Below are positions 44,701 to 56,088 of a DNA stretch of 64,000 bases, one piece after another. A program made the position numbers and the translations under genes. How positions within the stretch are numbered: the stretch's first letter is position 1; each line of letters starts with the position of its first letter. The stretch comes from Lachnospiraceae bacterium (GTDB taxonomy: Bacteria > Bacillota > Clostridia > Lachnospirales > Lachnospiraceae), in assembly GCA_022793195.1 (NCBI GenBank), contig JAAWCJ010000023.1:38812-102811 (forward strand), written 5' to 3'. Below the pieces are notes generated by a model. That model saw only the letters and a program-made list of their open reading frames with translations. It was not told the DNA's origin and searched no databases.

Positions 44701-45861
44701 ATGTATTGTACAAAGTGTGGAAAAGAAATCGAAGAGGGGGCAAGATTCTGTACCTCCTGTGGAGAGCCGGTTGACTTTTACTATTCTGACACAGAGGCGC
44801 CGCAGGAGCCGTATTATGGGGACGAAGGTATACCGTCGGATTATTTTTATTATGGCGGGGAGGAAGAGGAACCGTCCTTTGATGATTTTGCTACCCAGCC
44901 GTTGGGGATGGATAGAGGTTATCTCAATATGGAGGATTTGGATAATCCCCCGAAGAGGCCTGAAAAGAAAAAGTCTGTGGTTCCGGTTGTGCTGTTAAGC
45001 ATTTTTTGTGTTCTGTTGGCAGGGGCCGTCGCAGTGATGGGATATAAGCTGCTGAAGAAAAAAGAACCGGCATCCGGCATTGAGATTGCGGAAGAGTCTT
45101 CTGAGACAGAGGGGGAGGATTCCAGCCGGGAAACACGTGCTGAAGAACAGAAAGAAAGTTCAAAAGAGACAGAGCCGGCTCCCAAGGAGACATTTTCCCC
45201 GAAGGAAACACACGCCCCGGTTCAGCCTTCTGCCCCGCCGGAAACGCAAGGGTTTGAGCTTCCTTACATAGGCGCGTCAGTTCCGGCCGTGGTCAGCTCC
45301 GGATCCGATTTCGTGTCCCAGGCCAGCCCGGACGGGACGCATACTTTTATGTATCCGATGGATTATTTTTATACGTCTGAGTATATAGATCAGGAAACCT
45401 CAGGGTACACGCTGACGATGTCAACGGCTGACGGTTTTACGGCGGTCAAATTTACAAAGATGGCTGCGCCTTATCAGGGAGATGCATATACAAACGGGGT
45501 GTCTTTGTATAAAGAGGTATATAATGAGTGTCTGCGGGAGCCTACATGCCCTTATGAACATATGGGGGAGAGCGCCGATGAGGAGGGATATGTCCATATG
45601 ATCATCGGCGGGCCGCTGGAAAGAGATCCTTCCCGGGGGATCTATTGCTGTATCGCGGCCAGCGACACAGCGGTCTACAAGATGGAGGTTTTTTATGACG
45701 TGGAAGATTATGACGGGATTGGTGTGGATTATACCAGGACGGGATATCTGGTTGACTGCCTTTACCGCGGTTGGTCTTTAAGTGGCTCCACTTATGCGCT
45801 GCGGACTTTTGACCAGTATATGAATGACGATATGGGAGATAAAAAACCGGGTGAATCATGA
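44701..45861 (+). CDS. zinc-ribbon / single-TM membrane protein with extracytoplasmic domain
   Basis: MYCTKCGKEIEEGARFCTSCGEPV zinc ribbon, a TM segment VVPVVLLSIFCVLLAGAVAVMGY, then an acidic linker and a globular C-terminal domain. Confidence 0.6.
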   Translation: MYCTKCGKEIEEGARFCTSCGEPVDFYYSDTEAPQEPYYGDEGIPSDYFYYGGEEEEPSFDDFATQPLGMDRGYLNMEDLDNPPKRPEKKKSVVPVVLLSIFCVLLAGAVAVMGYKLLKKKEPASGIEIAEESSETEGEDSSRETRAEEQKESSKETEPAPKETFSPKETHAPVQPSAPPETQGFELPYIGASVPAVVSSGSDFVSQASPDGTHTFMYPMDYFYTSEYIDQETSGYTLTMSTADGFTAVKFTKMAAPYQGDAYTNGVSLYKEVYNECLREPTCPYEHMGESADEEGYVHMIIGGPLERDPSRGIYCCIAASDTAVYKMEVFYDVEDYDGIGVDYTRTGYLVDCLYRGWSLSGSTYALRTFDQYMNDDMGDKKPGES

Positions 45862-46841
45862 TGAAAAAAAGGAATCTGGTCTGTGTTTGTATGGTGGCAG
45901 TTTTTAGTCTGATTGGCGGCTGCGGCCGGTTTCCTGAGGAGAAACAGTCTGTGGCCGAAGAGTCCCTGACGGTTTTAGCCGGGGAAACAGAAGAAATCCG
46001 CACATTGCCGGAAGAAGGCGGATCCCCGGCCACTGCCCGGACAGAAGAAACGGAAACGGATGGTGCGCAGGGAAGGACAGAATATGAATTTCGGACGGAA
46101 CCTCTTGTCATTGAGCTGGATCCCGGCCACGGAGGGGACGGAGGCGCCGAAAATGAAAAGCATGGCCTTTTGGAAAGGGAGGTGAATTTGCAGATCGCCC
46201 TGAGACTGAAAGAGGAACTGGAGGCATATGAAAACGTGGCCGTTTATCTTACAAGAGAGGATGACAGCGCTGTGGAGCTGGAGGAACGTGTGGCAAAAGC
46301 GGCGGACGACGGCGCGGATGTGTTGATAAGCCTCCACAACAATGCTGCCGGAAGTATCTGTGATTATTATAATGGCTGTACGGTTCTGGTGGCCAGGGGA
46401 GCCGGACAGGCGGGGCTTTCTGTGGTTACTCAGGAACTGGGGTGTTACATTTTAAATGAGCTTGCGGCCGCCGGGGTGGAGAACCAGGGGCTCATGTTCC
46501 GGGTAACGCAGGATGAATTGTATTATGATGACGGTTCCCTGTGCGATTACTATAGCATTGTAAGGAATTGTGTGAAGGCGGGGATCCCCGGAATCATTGT
46601 GGAACATGCTTTTTTGGACAGTGAGGAGGATTACAGGAAGTTTTTTGCGGATGATGATAAAATCAATGAGTTGGCCCTGGCCGATGCCAGAGGGATTGCG
46701 GGATATTATCATTTGAAACGGAAGGACAGCGAGGAGGTTCCGGTGATTTTGAAAAATCATAGGGAAAAAATCACGCTGATTGTTTCAGATTATTATCAGG
46801 ATAATACTTATTTAGAGAAAACATATTTTGTTGACAAATAA
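45858..46841 (+). CDS. N-acetylmuramoyl-L-alanine amidase (Amidase_3) lipoprotein
   Basis: Lipobox LIGGCG. Also IELDPGHGG, ISLHNNA and VEHAFLDSEED. The start overlaps the upstream stop codon (ATGA). Confidence 0.8.
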   Translation: MMKKRNLVCVCMVAVFSLIGGCGRFPEEKQSVAEESLTVLAGETEEIRTLPEEGGSPATARTEETETDGAQGRTEYEFRTEPLVIELDPGHGGDGGAENEKHGLLEREVNLQIALRLKEELEAYENVAVYLTREDDSAVELEERVAKAADDGADVLISLHNNAAGSICDYYNGCTVLVARGAGQAGLSVVTQELGCYILNELAAAGVENQGLMFRVTQDELYYDDGSLCDYYSIVRNCVKAGIPGIIVEHAFLDSEEDYRKFFADDDKINELALADARGIAGYYHLKRKDSEEVPVILKNHREKITLIVSDYYQDNTYLEKTYFVDK

Positions 46842-46862
46842 GAAAAAGCAGGGGATGCCCCG

Positions 46863-47798
46863 ATGAAAAGGGTATCTGCCGGAAAGCAGAGGGGGAAAGG
46901 TATGTCGTATTGTGGTCATTGTGGGAAAATGGTAGAAGAAGGAAGTAAGTTCTGCAACAACTGTGGAGCGCCTGTATCTGTGGAGACAAACGAGGGGCCT
47001 CAGGGCCAGCCGACCGGGAATGATTTTGACCGGACGAGACCGCTTTATAATGATGGAGCTCCGGGATATGGCCAGGCTTCAGGCGGGTATATGCCAGGCG
47101 GCCAGGGGCCAAACAGCTATATGGCAGAGGGGCCGCAGCCGCCGAAGAAAAAGAAAAAAACAGCGCTGGTGGTTACCCTGGTCAGCCTTTTAGTTGTGGC
47201 GGCAGCCGTAGCGGCCATTCTGATCATAGTTGTCTTTAATCCGGAAAAGAAACTGAAACAGTATGTGGAAGAGAGGGACTGGACAGAAGCCGATGCCTTG
47301 TATGAAAAAAGTTTTCAGGGAAAAAGCAGGGAAGATAAGGCAGATGAGCTTTTTGAGGAGGCGGTGGATCTGCTGGAAGAGGAATATGAGGACGGTTTAA
47401 TGGACGCCTCCACAGCCAGGCGCCATCTGAAGGATATCGAGGATTTCTGGGATGACAGAAGTGTGGAAAAACTGCTGGAAAAGATTGACCGGCAGGAGGC
47501 GGAGAAGGAGATTGTCGGGACATGGAGGCTTACCAGGATTGAAGCAGCAGGGGTGACTATGGATATAGATGAGTTTTTGGTAATATCCGGTATGGAAGGC
47601 ACCACCAATGAAATGGAACTGAAGAAAAACGGAACTTTCTCCATGGAAATGGTGGGAGAGAGAGGAAGCGGAACCTGGGAGCGTAAAGGGGCAGGAATTG
47701 TCCTGACTGATGAAGCAGGGGACTCTGTGGAGGCAACCTATGAAGGCGGGGAACTGTCTATGGATCTGGAAGGCGTGGTTATGATTTTTGTAAAATAA
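46863..47798 (+). CDS. zinc-ribbon / single-TM membrane protein
   Basis: YCGHCGKMVEEGSKFCNNCGAPV zinc ribbon and a TM segment ALVVTLVSLLVVAAAVAAILIIVVF. The start may be the internal ATG at 46902. Confidence 0.6.
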   Translation: MKRVSAGKQRGKGMSYCGHCGKMVEEGSKFCNNCGAPVSVETNEGPQGQPTGNDFDRTRPLYNDGAPGYGQASGGYMPGGQGPNSYMAEGPQPPKKKKKTALVVTLVSLLVVAAAVAAILIIVVFNPEKKLKQYVEERDWTEADALYEKSFQGKSREDKADELFEEAVDLLEEEYEDGLMDASTARRHLKDIEDFWDDRSVEKLLEKIDRQEAEKEIVGTWRLTRIEAAGVTMDIDEFLVISGMEGTTNEMELKKNGTFSMEMVGERGSGTWERKGAGIVLTDEAGDSVEATYEGGELSMDLEGVVMIFVK

Positions 47799-47875
47799 GC
47801 AAACCACGGAACAGATATTACTGACGCACTCGCCGCAGGCGGAGAGGAAATTACAAGGAAAAGAGACGGGAAGAT

Positions 47876-49234
47876 ATGAAGATTATAATTGTCGGAATCG
47901 GTAAAGTCGGCTACACGCTGGCAAAGCATTTATCGGCTGAGGACAATGATGTGGCGGTGATTGACAAATCCCAGGAAGCTGTGGACCGGGCCGGGGACAG
48001 CCTTGATGTCATGTGCTTAAAAGGGAGCGGGCTTTCCACCAGCGCCCTTTTGGATGTCAATGTCCGGGAGACGGATTTGATCATTGCCACCACACCCAGT
48101 GATGAGGTGAATATGCTTTGCTGCCTGACGGCGAAGCGCCTCGGCGCCAAAAATACCGTGGCCAGGATTCGTGACCCGGAGTATGCCAGGGAGGTATCGG
48201 TCTTAAAACAGGAATTGGGTATCAATATGATTATCAACCCGGAGCTGGAGGCTGCCAACGAAATCGGCCGGGTACTTCGTTTTCCCACGGCCATCAATGT
48301 GGAAACCTTTGCAGGAAGAAAAGTGGAGTTAGTTGCATTCCGGGTAAAGGCAGGGGACAAGATGGTGGGCAGACGCCTGGCAGATGTCATGAGTTCCATC
48401 CGGCTTCCGGTGCTTTTTTGTACGGCGGTCCGGGAGGATGAGGTGATCATCCCTGACGGAACTTTTGTGCCGCAGGAAGAAGACCTTATGTATATTGCCG
48501 GAAAGCCTTCTGCCATCACTGATTTTTTCAAATATGAAGGGAAATATCAAAAACAGGTGAAGACAGCCATTCTTGTGGGCGGAGGCCGTATTGCTTATTA
48601 CCTGGGCTTAGGCATGAGCCAGATGGGGATAAAAATAAAGATTATTGAGAGAAACAAAAGGCGTTGCCAGGAGCTTGATGAACTGCTTCCCAACTGTGTA
48701 ATCATCAATGGAGACGGTACGGATAAAGAGCTTCTGGAGGAAGAACATATGGGGGCTGCCGGGGCGGTGGTGACGTTGACCGGGCGGGATGAGGAAAACT
48801 TGCTTACGGCGCTGTTTGCCAGCCGTATGGAAGTGCCGAAAGTCATTGCAAAAATCAACAGGGGGAATTATGAGGGTATTATAAAGACCCTGGGGATTGA
48901 TTCCATCGTCAGCCCCAAGAATGTGACGTCGGCCCAGATCATCCGGTATGTGCGGGCGCTTAGAAATACCATCGGCAGCAATGTGGAGACGCTTCACCGG
49001 ATTGCCGACGGGAAAGCGGAAGCCCTTGAATTTATTGCCAGGGAAGGCAGTAAACATCTGGGAGAGCTTTTTAAAGACATACGGTTTAAAAAACATTTCC
49101 TGGTAACGGCCATTGTGAGAAACGGAAATATTATTATACCCACCGGGAATGACTGCATAAAAGTCCATGACAATGTCATTGTAGTCACCCGTTCTTCAAA
49201 CGTAAATGATCTGAATGATATTTTTGAGGATTAA
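47876..49234 (+). CDS. trkA: Trk potassium uptake system NAD-binding subunit
   Basis: Two RCK_N/RCK_C repeats, with Rossmann motifs IIIVGIGKVG and ILVGGGRIA. Confidence 0.88.
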   Translation: MKIIIVGIGKVGYTLAKHLSAEDNDVAVIDKSQEAVDRAGDSLDVMCLKGSGLSTSALLDVNVRETDLIIATTPSDEVNMLCCLTAKRLGAKNTVARIRDPEYAREVSVLKQELGINMIINPELEAANEIGRVLRFPTAINVETFAGRKVELVAFRVKAGDKMVGRRLADVMSSIRLPVLFCTAVREDEVIIPDGTFVPQEEDLMYIAGKPSAITDFFKYEGKYQKQVKTAILVGGGRIAYYLGLGMSQMGIKIKIIERNKRRCQELDELLPNCVIINGDGTDKELLEEEHMGAAGAVVTLTGRDEENLLTALFASRMEVPKVIAKINRGNYEGIIKTLGIDSIVSPKNVTSAQIIRYVRALRNTIGSNVETLHRIADGKAEALEFIAREGSKHLGELFKDIRFKKHFLVTAIVRNGNIIIPTGNDCIKVHDNVIVVTRSSNVNDLNDIFED

Positions 49235-49255
49235 AGCGGGGAGGCACGAAAAAAC

Positions 49256-50710
49256 GTGAATATTGCACTTGTATTATATGTGGTGGGGCATGTGCTGTGC
49301 ATTGAGGCAGCGCTTATGCTGGTTCCCATGGCGGTTTCAGTCCTTACCGGAGTGGGAGACTGGATTTATTTTGTATATACCATTATTCCGCTTATACTGG
49401 CCGGTTTTTTTCTGAGGCTTAAAAAACCGAAGATCAAGAAGATGACCACCAGGGAGGGGCTTGCCGCGGTGGCGTTCTCCTGGATTTTTCTGGCGGCCTT
49501 CGGCGCCCTGCCCTTTTACTTCAGTGGCTACTTTAACAGCTATATAGACTGTTTTTTTGAGACAGTATCCGGCTTCACCACCACGGGGGCTACGATTCTG
49601 ACAGATATCGAAGGACTGAAAAACGGAGGCCTTATGTTCTGGCGGAGTTTTACCCACTGGATTGGGGGAATGGGAGTCCTGGTTTTTGTACTGGCCATCC
49701 TTCCCAACATGGATGCCTCCAATATTCAGCTTTTAAAGGCAGAAAGCCCGGGGCCGACGCCTGGAAAGGTGGTTCCCAGGCTGAAGGAAACAGCCAGGAT
49801 TTTATATCTGATTTATTTTGGCCTGACAATTTTACATGTTTTCTGCCTGCTGGCTACAGGGATGCCACTTTTTGATTCCCTGATTCATTCCATGGGCAGT
49901 GCGGGAACCGGTGGCTTTTCCAATATGAATGCCAGTGTGGGAGCTTATGGGAATCCGGCGGCGGAATGGGTTATTGCTGTATTTATGATGCTTTTCGGCG
50001 TGAATTTCAGCCTTTATTACCTTCTCCTCAAAAAGCAGGTGAAGGACGTATTTAAAAATGAGGAATTTCGGCTTTACCTTGGAATCATTGGCGCGGCCGT
50101 AGTATGCATCACTTTGAATATTGCCAGGGATTATTACGATGGCTCCTGGCCGGACGCCATCCGGGCAGCGTTTTTCCAGGTTTCTTCTGTGATGACGACT
50201 ACCGGATATAGTACGACAGATTTCAATTTGTGGCCTACCTTTAGTAAGATGCTGATTGTGGTTCTGATGATTGTGGGAGCCAGCGCCGGCTCCACGGGAG
50301 GCGGTATCAAGGTGAGCCGTCTGCTGGCGCTTTTTAAATCACTGAGGGAGGAATTTCGCAGGCTGATTCATCCCAGGAGAGTACATGCGCCCAGGATGGA
50401 TGGGAGGATTATTGAAAAAAATACCTTAAAAGGTATCTTGATTTTTTTCTTTACGTATATTATGATTGCCGGAGCAGCCATGGTTATTATCTCGCTGGAT
50501 GGCTATGACATGGAATCGACCATGACAGCAGTATTTTCAGCGTTGGGCAATATCGGGCCGGGTTTGGGGGCTGTGGGACCCATGGGAAATTTCAGTGGAT
50601 TTTCTGCGTTCAGCAAGCTGGTGCTTTCTTTCTGCATGCTGGCGGGCAGGCTGGAGCTTTTCCCCATGTTGATTCTGTTTATCCCCTCCTCCTGGAAAAA
50701 ATCTTATTGA
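49256..50710 (+). CDS. trkH: TrkH-family potassium uptake permease
   Basis: 484-aa polytopic protein with selectivity-filter-like motifs (SGFTTTGAT, GTGGFS, TTTGYST, GSTGGGIKV). The start codon is GTG. Confidence 0.88.
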   Translation: MNIALVLYVVGHVLCIEAALMLVPMAVSVLTGVGDWIYFVYTIIPLILAGFFLRLKKPKIKKMTTREGLAAVAFSWIFLAAFGALPFYFSGYFNSYIDCFFETVSGFTTTGATILTDIEGLKNGGLMFWRSFTHWIGGMGVLVFVLAILPNMDASNIQLLKAESPGPTPGKVVPRLKETARILYLIYFGLTILHVFCLLATGMPLFDSLIHSMGSAGTGGFSNMNASVGAYGNPAAEWVIAVFMMLFGVNFSLYYLLLKKQVKDVFKNEEFRLYLGIIGAAVVCITLNIARDYYDGSWPDAIRAAFFQVSSVMTTTGYSTTDFNLWPTFSKMLIVVLMIVGASAGSTGGGIKVSRLLALFKSLREEFRRLIHPRRVHAPRMDGRIIEKNTLKGILIFFFTYIMIAGAAMVIISLDGYDMESTMTAVFSALGNIGPGLGAVGPMGNFSGFSAFSKLVLSFCMLAGRLELFPMLILFIPSSWKKSY

Positions 50711-50728
50711 TAAAGACGGAGAACAGAG

Positions 50729-51298
50729 ATGTTTATAATAGCTGGCCTCGGGAATCCGGGGCTTAAGTATGCCGGAACCAGGCATAATGTAGGCTTTGGG
50801 GCCATTGACGTGCTGGCGGAAAAATATGGAATCGGGGTAGATACGAAGAAGCATAAGGCGTTGATGGGGAAGGGAATCATAGAAGGGCAGAAGGTGGTTC
50901 TTTTAAAGCCGCAGACATATATGAATTTAAGCGGGGAGAGTATCCGGGGGGCGGTGGATTATTATAAATTGTCGGCCGAAGAGATTCTTGTGATCTACGA
51001 TGATGTCAATCTGGACGTGGGCCGCCTCAGGATCCGGGAAAAAGGAAGTGCCGGCGGCCATAATGGTATGAAGAATATCATTGCATGCCTGGAATCGGAC
51101 GAGTTTCCAAGAATCCGTGTCGGGGTGGGGAACAAGCCGCCGCGCATGGATTTGGCGGATTATGTACTGGGTCGTTTTCCGGAGGAAGAGCTTCCCGATG
51201 TGCGGGAAAGTATCAAGGAGGCCGCGCAGGCGGCAGTCCTGGTTGTAAACGGACAGATAGAAGCGGCTATGAATCAGTTTAATGGGAAAAAGAAATAG
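50729..51298 (+). CDS. pth: peptidyl-tRNA hydrolase
   Basis: GLGNPG..Y..TRHNVGF and GGHNGMKNI. Confidence 0.92.
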   Translation: MFIIAGLGNPGLKYAGTRHNVGFGAIDVLAEKYGIGVDTKKHKALMGKGIIEGQKVVLLKPQTYMNLSGESIRGAVDYYKLSAEEILVIYDDVNLDVGRLRIREKGSAGGHNGMKNIIACLESDEFPRIRVGVGNKPPRMDLADYVLGRFPEEELPDVRESIKEAAQAAVLVVNGQIEAAMNQFNGKKK

Positions 51299-51315
51299 AA
51301 GACGGAGGTGATCGG

Positions 51316-54300
51316 ATGGCAGCTTCTTTCCACAATCCGCTGCCGGAGCTTAAGGAATATGCAGATACGAAAGAGGACCTTTGCAGAGGCAGGGGTCCTG
51401 TTTCTGTCAGTGGAGGGACAGATTCGCAAAAGGTGCATCAGATGGCGGAGCTTGGGAGGGAATTCCCACTTAAGTTAGTTGTGACATACAGCGATGCGCG
51501 GGCGAAGGATATCTATGATGATTATCGGAATTTTGATACGGAGGTATTTTTGTATCCGGCCAGGGATTTATTGTTTTCCGGCGCGGATATCCAGGGAAAG
51601 CTTCTGACAGGGAAGCGGCTTATGGTACTGAAGCAGCTTCTGGAGCGGAAGAAGGGGACAATTATCACCACAGTGGACGGCTGCATGGATCATCTGATGC
51701 CTCTTTTGGCCATTGAGAGCAGTGTGATTTGCCTGGAGGAGGGGGAGGAACTGTCTTTCGATGGACTGAAAGCGCAGCTTGTAGGTATGGGATATGAACG
51801 ATGCGCCCAGGTGGAACAGGAGGGGCAGTTTTGTATCCGGGGCGGTATCCTGGATATTTTTCCCCTGACGGAAGAAAATCCTGTCCGAATTGAGCTTTGG
51901 GGGGATGAGGTGGATTCCATCCGTTCTTTTGATGTGGAAAGCCAGCGGTCCATAGAACGGCTTTCCAAAGTGAGGCTGTATCCGGCCAGGGAGTTGGTGG
52001 TTTCCGGTGAGGACCTTGAGGCGGGAATCTGTAAAATGAAGAGGGATCAGGAGACGGCAGGGAAAAAGCTTCGGGAACTTGGAAGGACAGAAGAAGCCCA
52101 CAGGCTGGACACCATTGTAAATGAAATGGTGGAAGAGCTTTCGGAAGGGTGCTTTCTGGGGGCGCTGGAGGGCTGTATCCGTTATTTTTGTTCCGATACG
52201 GTTTCCTTTGGGGAATATTTTGGGGAAGAGGTTCCTGTTTTTCTGGATGAGCCGGCCAGGGTGCTTGAGAAAGCAGAGGTATTGGAAGCGGAGTTCCGGG
52301 AGAGTATGCAGAACCGGTTGGAGAAAGGATATCTTTTGCCGGGACAGGCAGATATTCTATATTCTGCCGGGCAGGTGTCTGCGGTCCTTTCCAGGAAGCG
52401 GAGTGTGCTTTTTTCCGCCCTGGAGCAGAAGGCCTTTCCTGTACAGAAGCGTTACAGTATGACCGTAAAGAACGGGAATTCTTATAAAAGCGGATTTGAA
52501 CTTCTGGTATCCGACCTTAAAAAGTGGAAGAGGGAAAAGTGGCGGGTGGCGCTCCTTTGCGGTTCCCGTACCAGAGGGGCAAGACTTGCAAAGGATCTGC
52601 GGGAGCAGTATGACCTTCTGGCCTATTATACGGAAGACGAGGACAAGGAAATCCTTCCAGGCGAAATATGTGTCCTTTACGGGAACCTGCACAGGGGTTT
52701 TGAGTATCCCATGATTAAGTTTGTGGTAATCCCGGAAAGCGATATGTTTGGGGCGGAAAAGAAAAAACGCCGGAAACGGACAACGTATGAGGGGCGGAAA
52801 ATCCAAAGCTTTTCAGAGCTTTCCATAGGGGATTATGTGGTTCATGAAAATCATGGGCTTGGGATTTACCGCGGAATTGAAAAGATTGAAGTGGACCGTA
52901 TCACCAGAGATTATATTAAACTGGAATATGGCGGAAACGGGAGCCTTTATCTGCCTGTCACCCAGCTGGATATGATACAGAAATACGCCGGGGCAGGTGC
53001 AAAGGCGCCAAAACTAAACCGCCTGGGCGGGCAGGAATGGGGGCGCACCAAGGCCAGGGCTAAAGGTGCGGTCAAAGAAATCGCCAGGGATTTGGTGGAG
53101 CTTTATGCGGCAAGGCAGCGGAGCGAAGGCTTCCACTATGGGCCGGATACGGTCTGGCAGCGGGAATTTGAGGAATTGTTTCCCTATGAGGCTACGGAAG
53201 ACCAGGAAGCGGCCATTGAAGCAGTCAAAGGGGATATGGAAAGCGGAAAGATCATGGACCGCCTGATCTGTGGGGATGTGGGGTACGGGAAGACGGAAAT
53301 TGCCATCCGCGCCGCCTTCAAAGCGGTTCAGGAGGGGAAGCAGGTGGTTTACCTGGTGCCCACTACCATTCTGGCCCAGCAGCATTACAATACGTTTATC
53401 CAGCGGATGATGAATTTCCCGGTGCGGGTGGATATGCTTTCCCGGTTCCGGACCGCTTCAGAACAGAAAAAGACACTGGCAGACCTGAAAAAAGGACTGG
53501 TGGATATTGTCATCGGTACTCACAGGGTACTTTCAGGAGATGTGGTATTTAAAGACCTGGGGCTTTTGATCATTGATGAAGAGCAGAGGTTCGGTGTGGC
53601 CCACAAGGAGAAAATCAAAAAATTGCGGGAAAATGTGGATGTGCTGACTCTGACAGCTACGCCTATTCCGCGGACGCTTCATATGAGCCTGGCAGGCATC
53701 CGGGATATGAGTGTCCTCGAAGAGGCACCCACAGGTCGGGTGCCCATCCAGACTTACGTGATGGAATATAATGAGGAGATGGTCCGGGAGGCCATCGAGC
53801 GGGAACGCTCCAGAGGGGGCCAGGTTTATTATGTGTACAACAGGGTAAGGGACATTGAGGATATCACTGCAAAGATTGCTTCTCTGGTGCCGGATGCTAC
53901 GGTGGTCTATGCCCACGGCCAGATGCGGGAGCAGCAGCTGGAGAGGATTATGCTGGATTTTATCAATGGTGAAATTGATGTGTTGATTTCCACCACCATT
54001 ATTGAAACAGGGCTGGATATTTCCAATGTCAATACCATGATTATCCATGATGCGGACAGGTTTGGGCTGGCGCAGCTTTACCAGCTGAGGGGACGGGTGG
54101 GCCGCTCCGGGCGCACGGCATATGCTTTCTTAATGTATAAGCGGAACAAGCTTTTGAAAGAAGATGCGGAGAAACGGCTGGCAGCCATCCGGGAGTTTAC
54201 GGAGCTGGGCTCCGGTATCCGTATTGCCATGAGGGATCTGGAAATCCGCGGCGCCGGGAATCTCCTGGGGGCAGAGCAGCACGGGCATATGGAGGCCATC

Positions 54301-54834
54301 GGGTATGACCTGTACTGTAAGCTTCTCAATGAGGCGGTAAAGGCCATTAAGGGGGAGGGGACGCAGGAAGCATTTGATACGGTGATTGACTTTAATATCG
54401 ATGCATTTATTCCTCCTTCTTATATTAAGAATGAAGTGCAAAAGCTGGAGATCTACAAGCGAATCTCCGGTATTGAGAATGAAGAAGAGGCCATGGATAT
54501 GAAGGATGAGCTCATTGACCGGTTCGGGGATTTACCGCGGGCAGTGGAAAATCTTCTGGATGTTTCCCTGCTTAAAGGGCTGGCCCACAGTGCCTATGTG
54601 ACGGAGCTATCCGGTACTTTGCGGGAAGTCCGGCTGATGATGTATGAAAAAGCGCCTTTCCGTGTGGAGAATATCCCCGAGCTTGTGTCCCGGTATGGGG
54701 GCGCCCTTAAGTTCAGCGGAGCGGAATCTCCATATTTTACGCTGATGGACCGGAAAAAAGAAAATAAAGAGCCCAGGCAGATGGCAGAAAAGGTGAAAAT
54801 CCTGTTAAATGACATAAAAGAGTTGCTAGTTTGA
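51316..54834 (+). CDS. mfd: transcription-repair coupling factor
   Basis: 1172 aa with a CarD-like domain ([14 protein letters not shown]), helicase motifs ([16 protein letters not shown]) and a TRG motif region. Confidence 0.93.
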   Translation: MAASFHNPLPELKEYADTKEDLCRGRGPVSVSGGTDSQKVHQMAELGREFPLKLVVTYSDARAKDIYDDYRNFDTEVFLYPARDLLFSGADIQGKLLTGKRLMVLKQLLERKKGTIITTVDGCMDHLMPLLAIESSVICLEEGEELSFDGLKAQLVGMGYERCAQVEQEGQFCIRGGILDIFPLTEENPVRIELWGDEVDSIRSFDVESQRSIERLSKVRLYPARELVVSGEDLEAGICKMKRDQETAGKKLRELGRTEEAHRLDTIVNEMVEELSEGCFLGALEGCIRYFCSDTVSFGEYFGEEVPVFLDEPARVLEKAEVLEAEFRESMQNRLEKGYLLPGQADILYSAGQVSAVLSRKRSVLFSALEQKAFPVQKRYSMTVKNGNSYKSGFELLVSDLKKWKREKWRVALLCGSRTRGARLAKDLREQYDLLAYYTEDEDKEILPGEICVLYGNLHRGFEYPMIKFVVIPESDMFGAEKKKRRKRTTYEGRKIQSFSELSIGDYVVHENHGLGIYRGIEKIEVDRITRDYIKLEYGGNGSLYLPVTQLDMIQKYAGAGAKAPKLNRLGGQEWGRTKARAKGAVKEIARDLVELYAARQRSEGFHYGPDTVWQREFEELFPYEATEDQEAAIEAVKGDMESGKIMDRLICGDVGYGKTEIAIRAAFKAVQEGKQVVYLVPTTILAQQHYNTFIQRMMNFPVRVDMLSRFRTASEQKKTLADLKKGLVDIVIGTHRVLSGDVVFKDLGLLIIDEEQRFGVAHKEKIKKLRENVDVLTLTATPIPRTLHMSLAGIRDMSVLEEAPTGRVPIQTYVMEYNEEMVREAIERERSRGGQVYYVYNRVRDIEDITAKIASLVPDATVVYAHGQMREQQLERIMLDFINGEIDVLISTTIIETGLDISNVNTMIIHDADRFGLAQLYQLRGRVGRSGRTAYAFLMYKRNKLLKEDAEKRLAAIREFTELGSGIRIAMRDLEIRGAGNLLGAEQHGHMEAIGYDLYCKLLNEAVKAIKGEGTQEAFDTVIDFNIDAFIPPSYIKNEVQKLEIYKRISGIENEEEAMDMKDELIDRFGDLPRAVENLLDVSLLKGLAHSAYVTELSGTLREVRLMMYEKAPFRVENIPELVSRYGGALKFSGAESPYFTLMDRKKENKEPRQMAEKVKILLNDIKELLV

Positions 54835-54895
54835 GGGATTGGTATTATAATAGCAAATGCCTGTAGCTATGCAGGCAAAGGAGGAAACTGTTATT

Positions 54896-55984
54896 ATGAA
54901 CAAAATTATGAGGAAACTGGCGCCTGTGGCTGTGGCTGCCCTTTTACTGGGGACAGCGGCCGGATGCGGACGTACCAGGGTGACTTTGGAAAAATATCCT
55001 GATACGGTGGTGGCGACGCTGGGAAGTACGGAAATTTATATGGATGAGGCCAATTATATGGCCAGGACCAGCCAGTACAACAATGAGTATGCTTATAGTA
55101 TGTATGGCATGGATCCCAAGGAGATGTGGCAGTCCGACCTGGGGACAGGCACTACCCTGGAGGCATATACGAAAGAAAGCATCATGAAGGGCCTTTACCA
55201 GACTTATGTTCTGAAAGCCAAAGCGGAAGAGCTGGGGCTTACCCTGGATGAGGAAGACTTGAAAAAGGTGGACGATGCGGTAAGCTTAACCATGGCAAGT
55301 ATGGATGAAGCTGTGAAAGAAGCGACAAATATTACGGAGGAGCGGTTAAAAGAGATTGTCACAGGAAATGCCCTGGCCATGAAGGCTTATCAGGAAGCGG
55401 TCAAGGATGTGGATAAGGAAGTCAGTGACGAGGAGGCCGCCCAGCGTATCATCCGCTATATCCTGGTGAAGGACGGGGAGGACGCAGAAGCCGCCAAAAC
55501 CAGGGCGGAGGATATCAAGGCTCGCGTGGAGGCTGGGGAGAATTCTGCAGAGGCCATGGAAGCCATAGCAAAGGAAGATGAAAATTCTTCTTATATGAGA
55601 AATACTTACGGAGCCGGAGACTTTGACAATACGGTAGGCGATCTTGGCATGTCTTTAAAGACCGGGGAAACGGGAAGCGCTTACCAGGAGGGTTATGGCT
55701 GGTATGTGGTTTACTGTGAGACAGATTTCGACCGGGAAGCCACGGATAAGGAAAAACCCAATATTGTTCTCAAGAGACAGAGCGAGCATTTCCAGACTGT
55801 TTACGGGGAATGGGTGAAAGAGATGCCTTCCTTTAAAGTGGATGAGAAGGTATGGAGCCAGCTTACCTTTGATACAAATTTGTATAAAGTGCCGGAAACC
55901 ACAGAAGCTCCGGCTGCAGTTTCCGCCCCGGAGACGACGGCGGCAGAAAGCAGCGCAGCGGAAACAACCGGGACGGCGGAATAA
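54896..55984 (+). CDS. PrsA/parvulin-like peptidylprolyl isomerase lipoprotein
   Basis: Lipobox LGTAAGCG, a SurA-N-like region and a degenerate parvulin region (RYILVK...GWYVVYCE). The start was set at the ATG at 54896, after AAAGGAGGA. Confidence 0.65.
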   Translation: MNKIMRKLAPVAVAALLLGTAAGCGRTRVTLEKYPDTVVATLGSTEIYMDEANYMARTSQYNNEYAYSMYGMDPKEMWQSDLGTGTTLEAYTKESIMKGLYQTYVLKAKAEELGLTLDEEDLKKVDDAVSLTMASMDEAVKEATNITEERLKEIVTGNALAMKAYQEAVKDVDKEVSDEEAAQRIIRYILVKDGEDAEAAKTRAEDIKARVEAGENSAEAMEAIAKEDENSSYMRNTYGAGDFDNTVGDLGMSLKTGETGSAYQEGYGWYVVYCETDFDREATDKEKPNIVLKRQSEHFQTVYGEWVKEMPSFKVDEKVWSQLTFDTNLYKVPETTEAPAAVSAPETTAAESSAAETTGTAE

Positions 55985-55996
55985 GATGTAGAATGA

Positions 55997-56031
55997 AAAG
56001 GCAGTCAATCGCAAGGTTGATTGCCTTTTTG
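55997..56031 (+). terminator. intrinsic terminator
   Basis: AAAGGCAGTCAA...TTGATTGCCTTT followed by TT. Confidence 0.65.
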
Positions 56032-56088
56032 CAGATTGCATGGCCCCGGGATATTTGATACAATGAAAAATATAAAGGGGGAAGTGGT

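Noticed and set aside
47799-47875. Possible c-di-AMP (ydaO-type) riboswitch upstream of trkA.
   Set aside because: Only 77 nt of intergenic sequence is available, too short for the pseudo-symmetric aptamer, and none of its conserved segments were seen.
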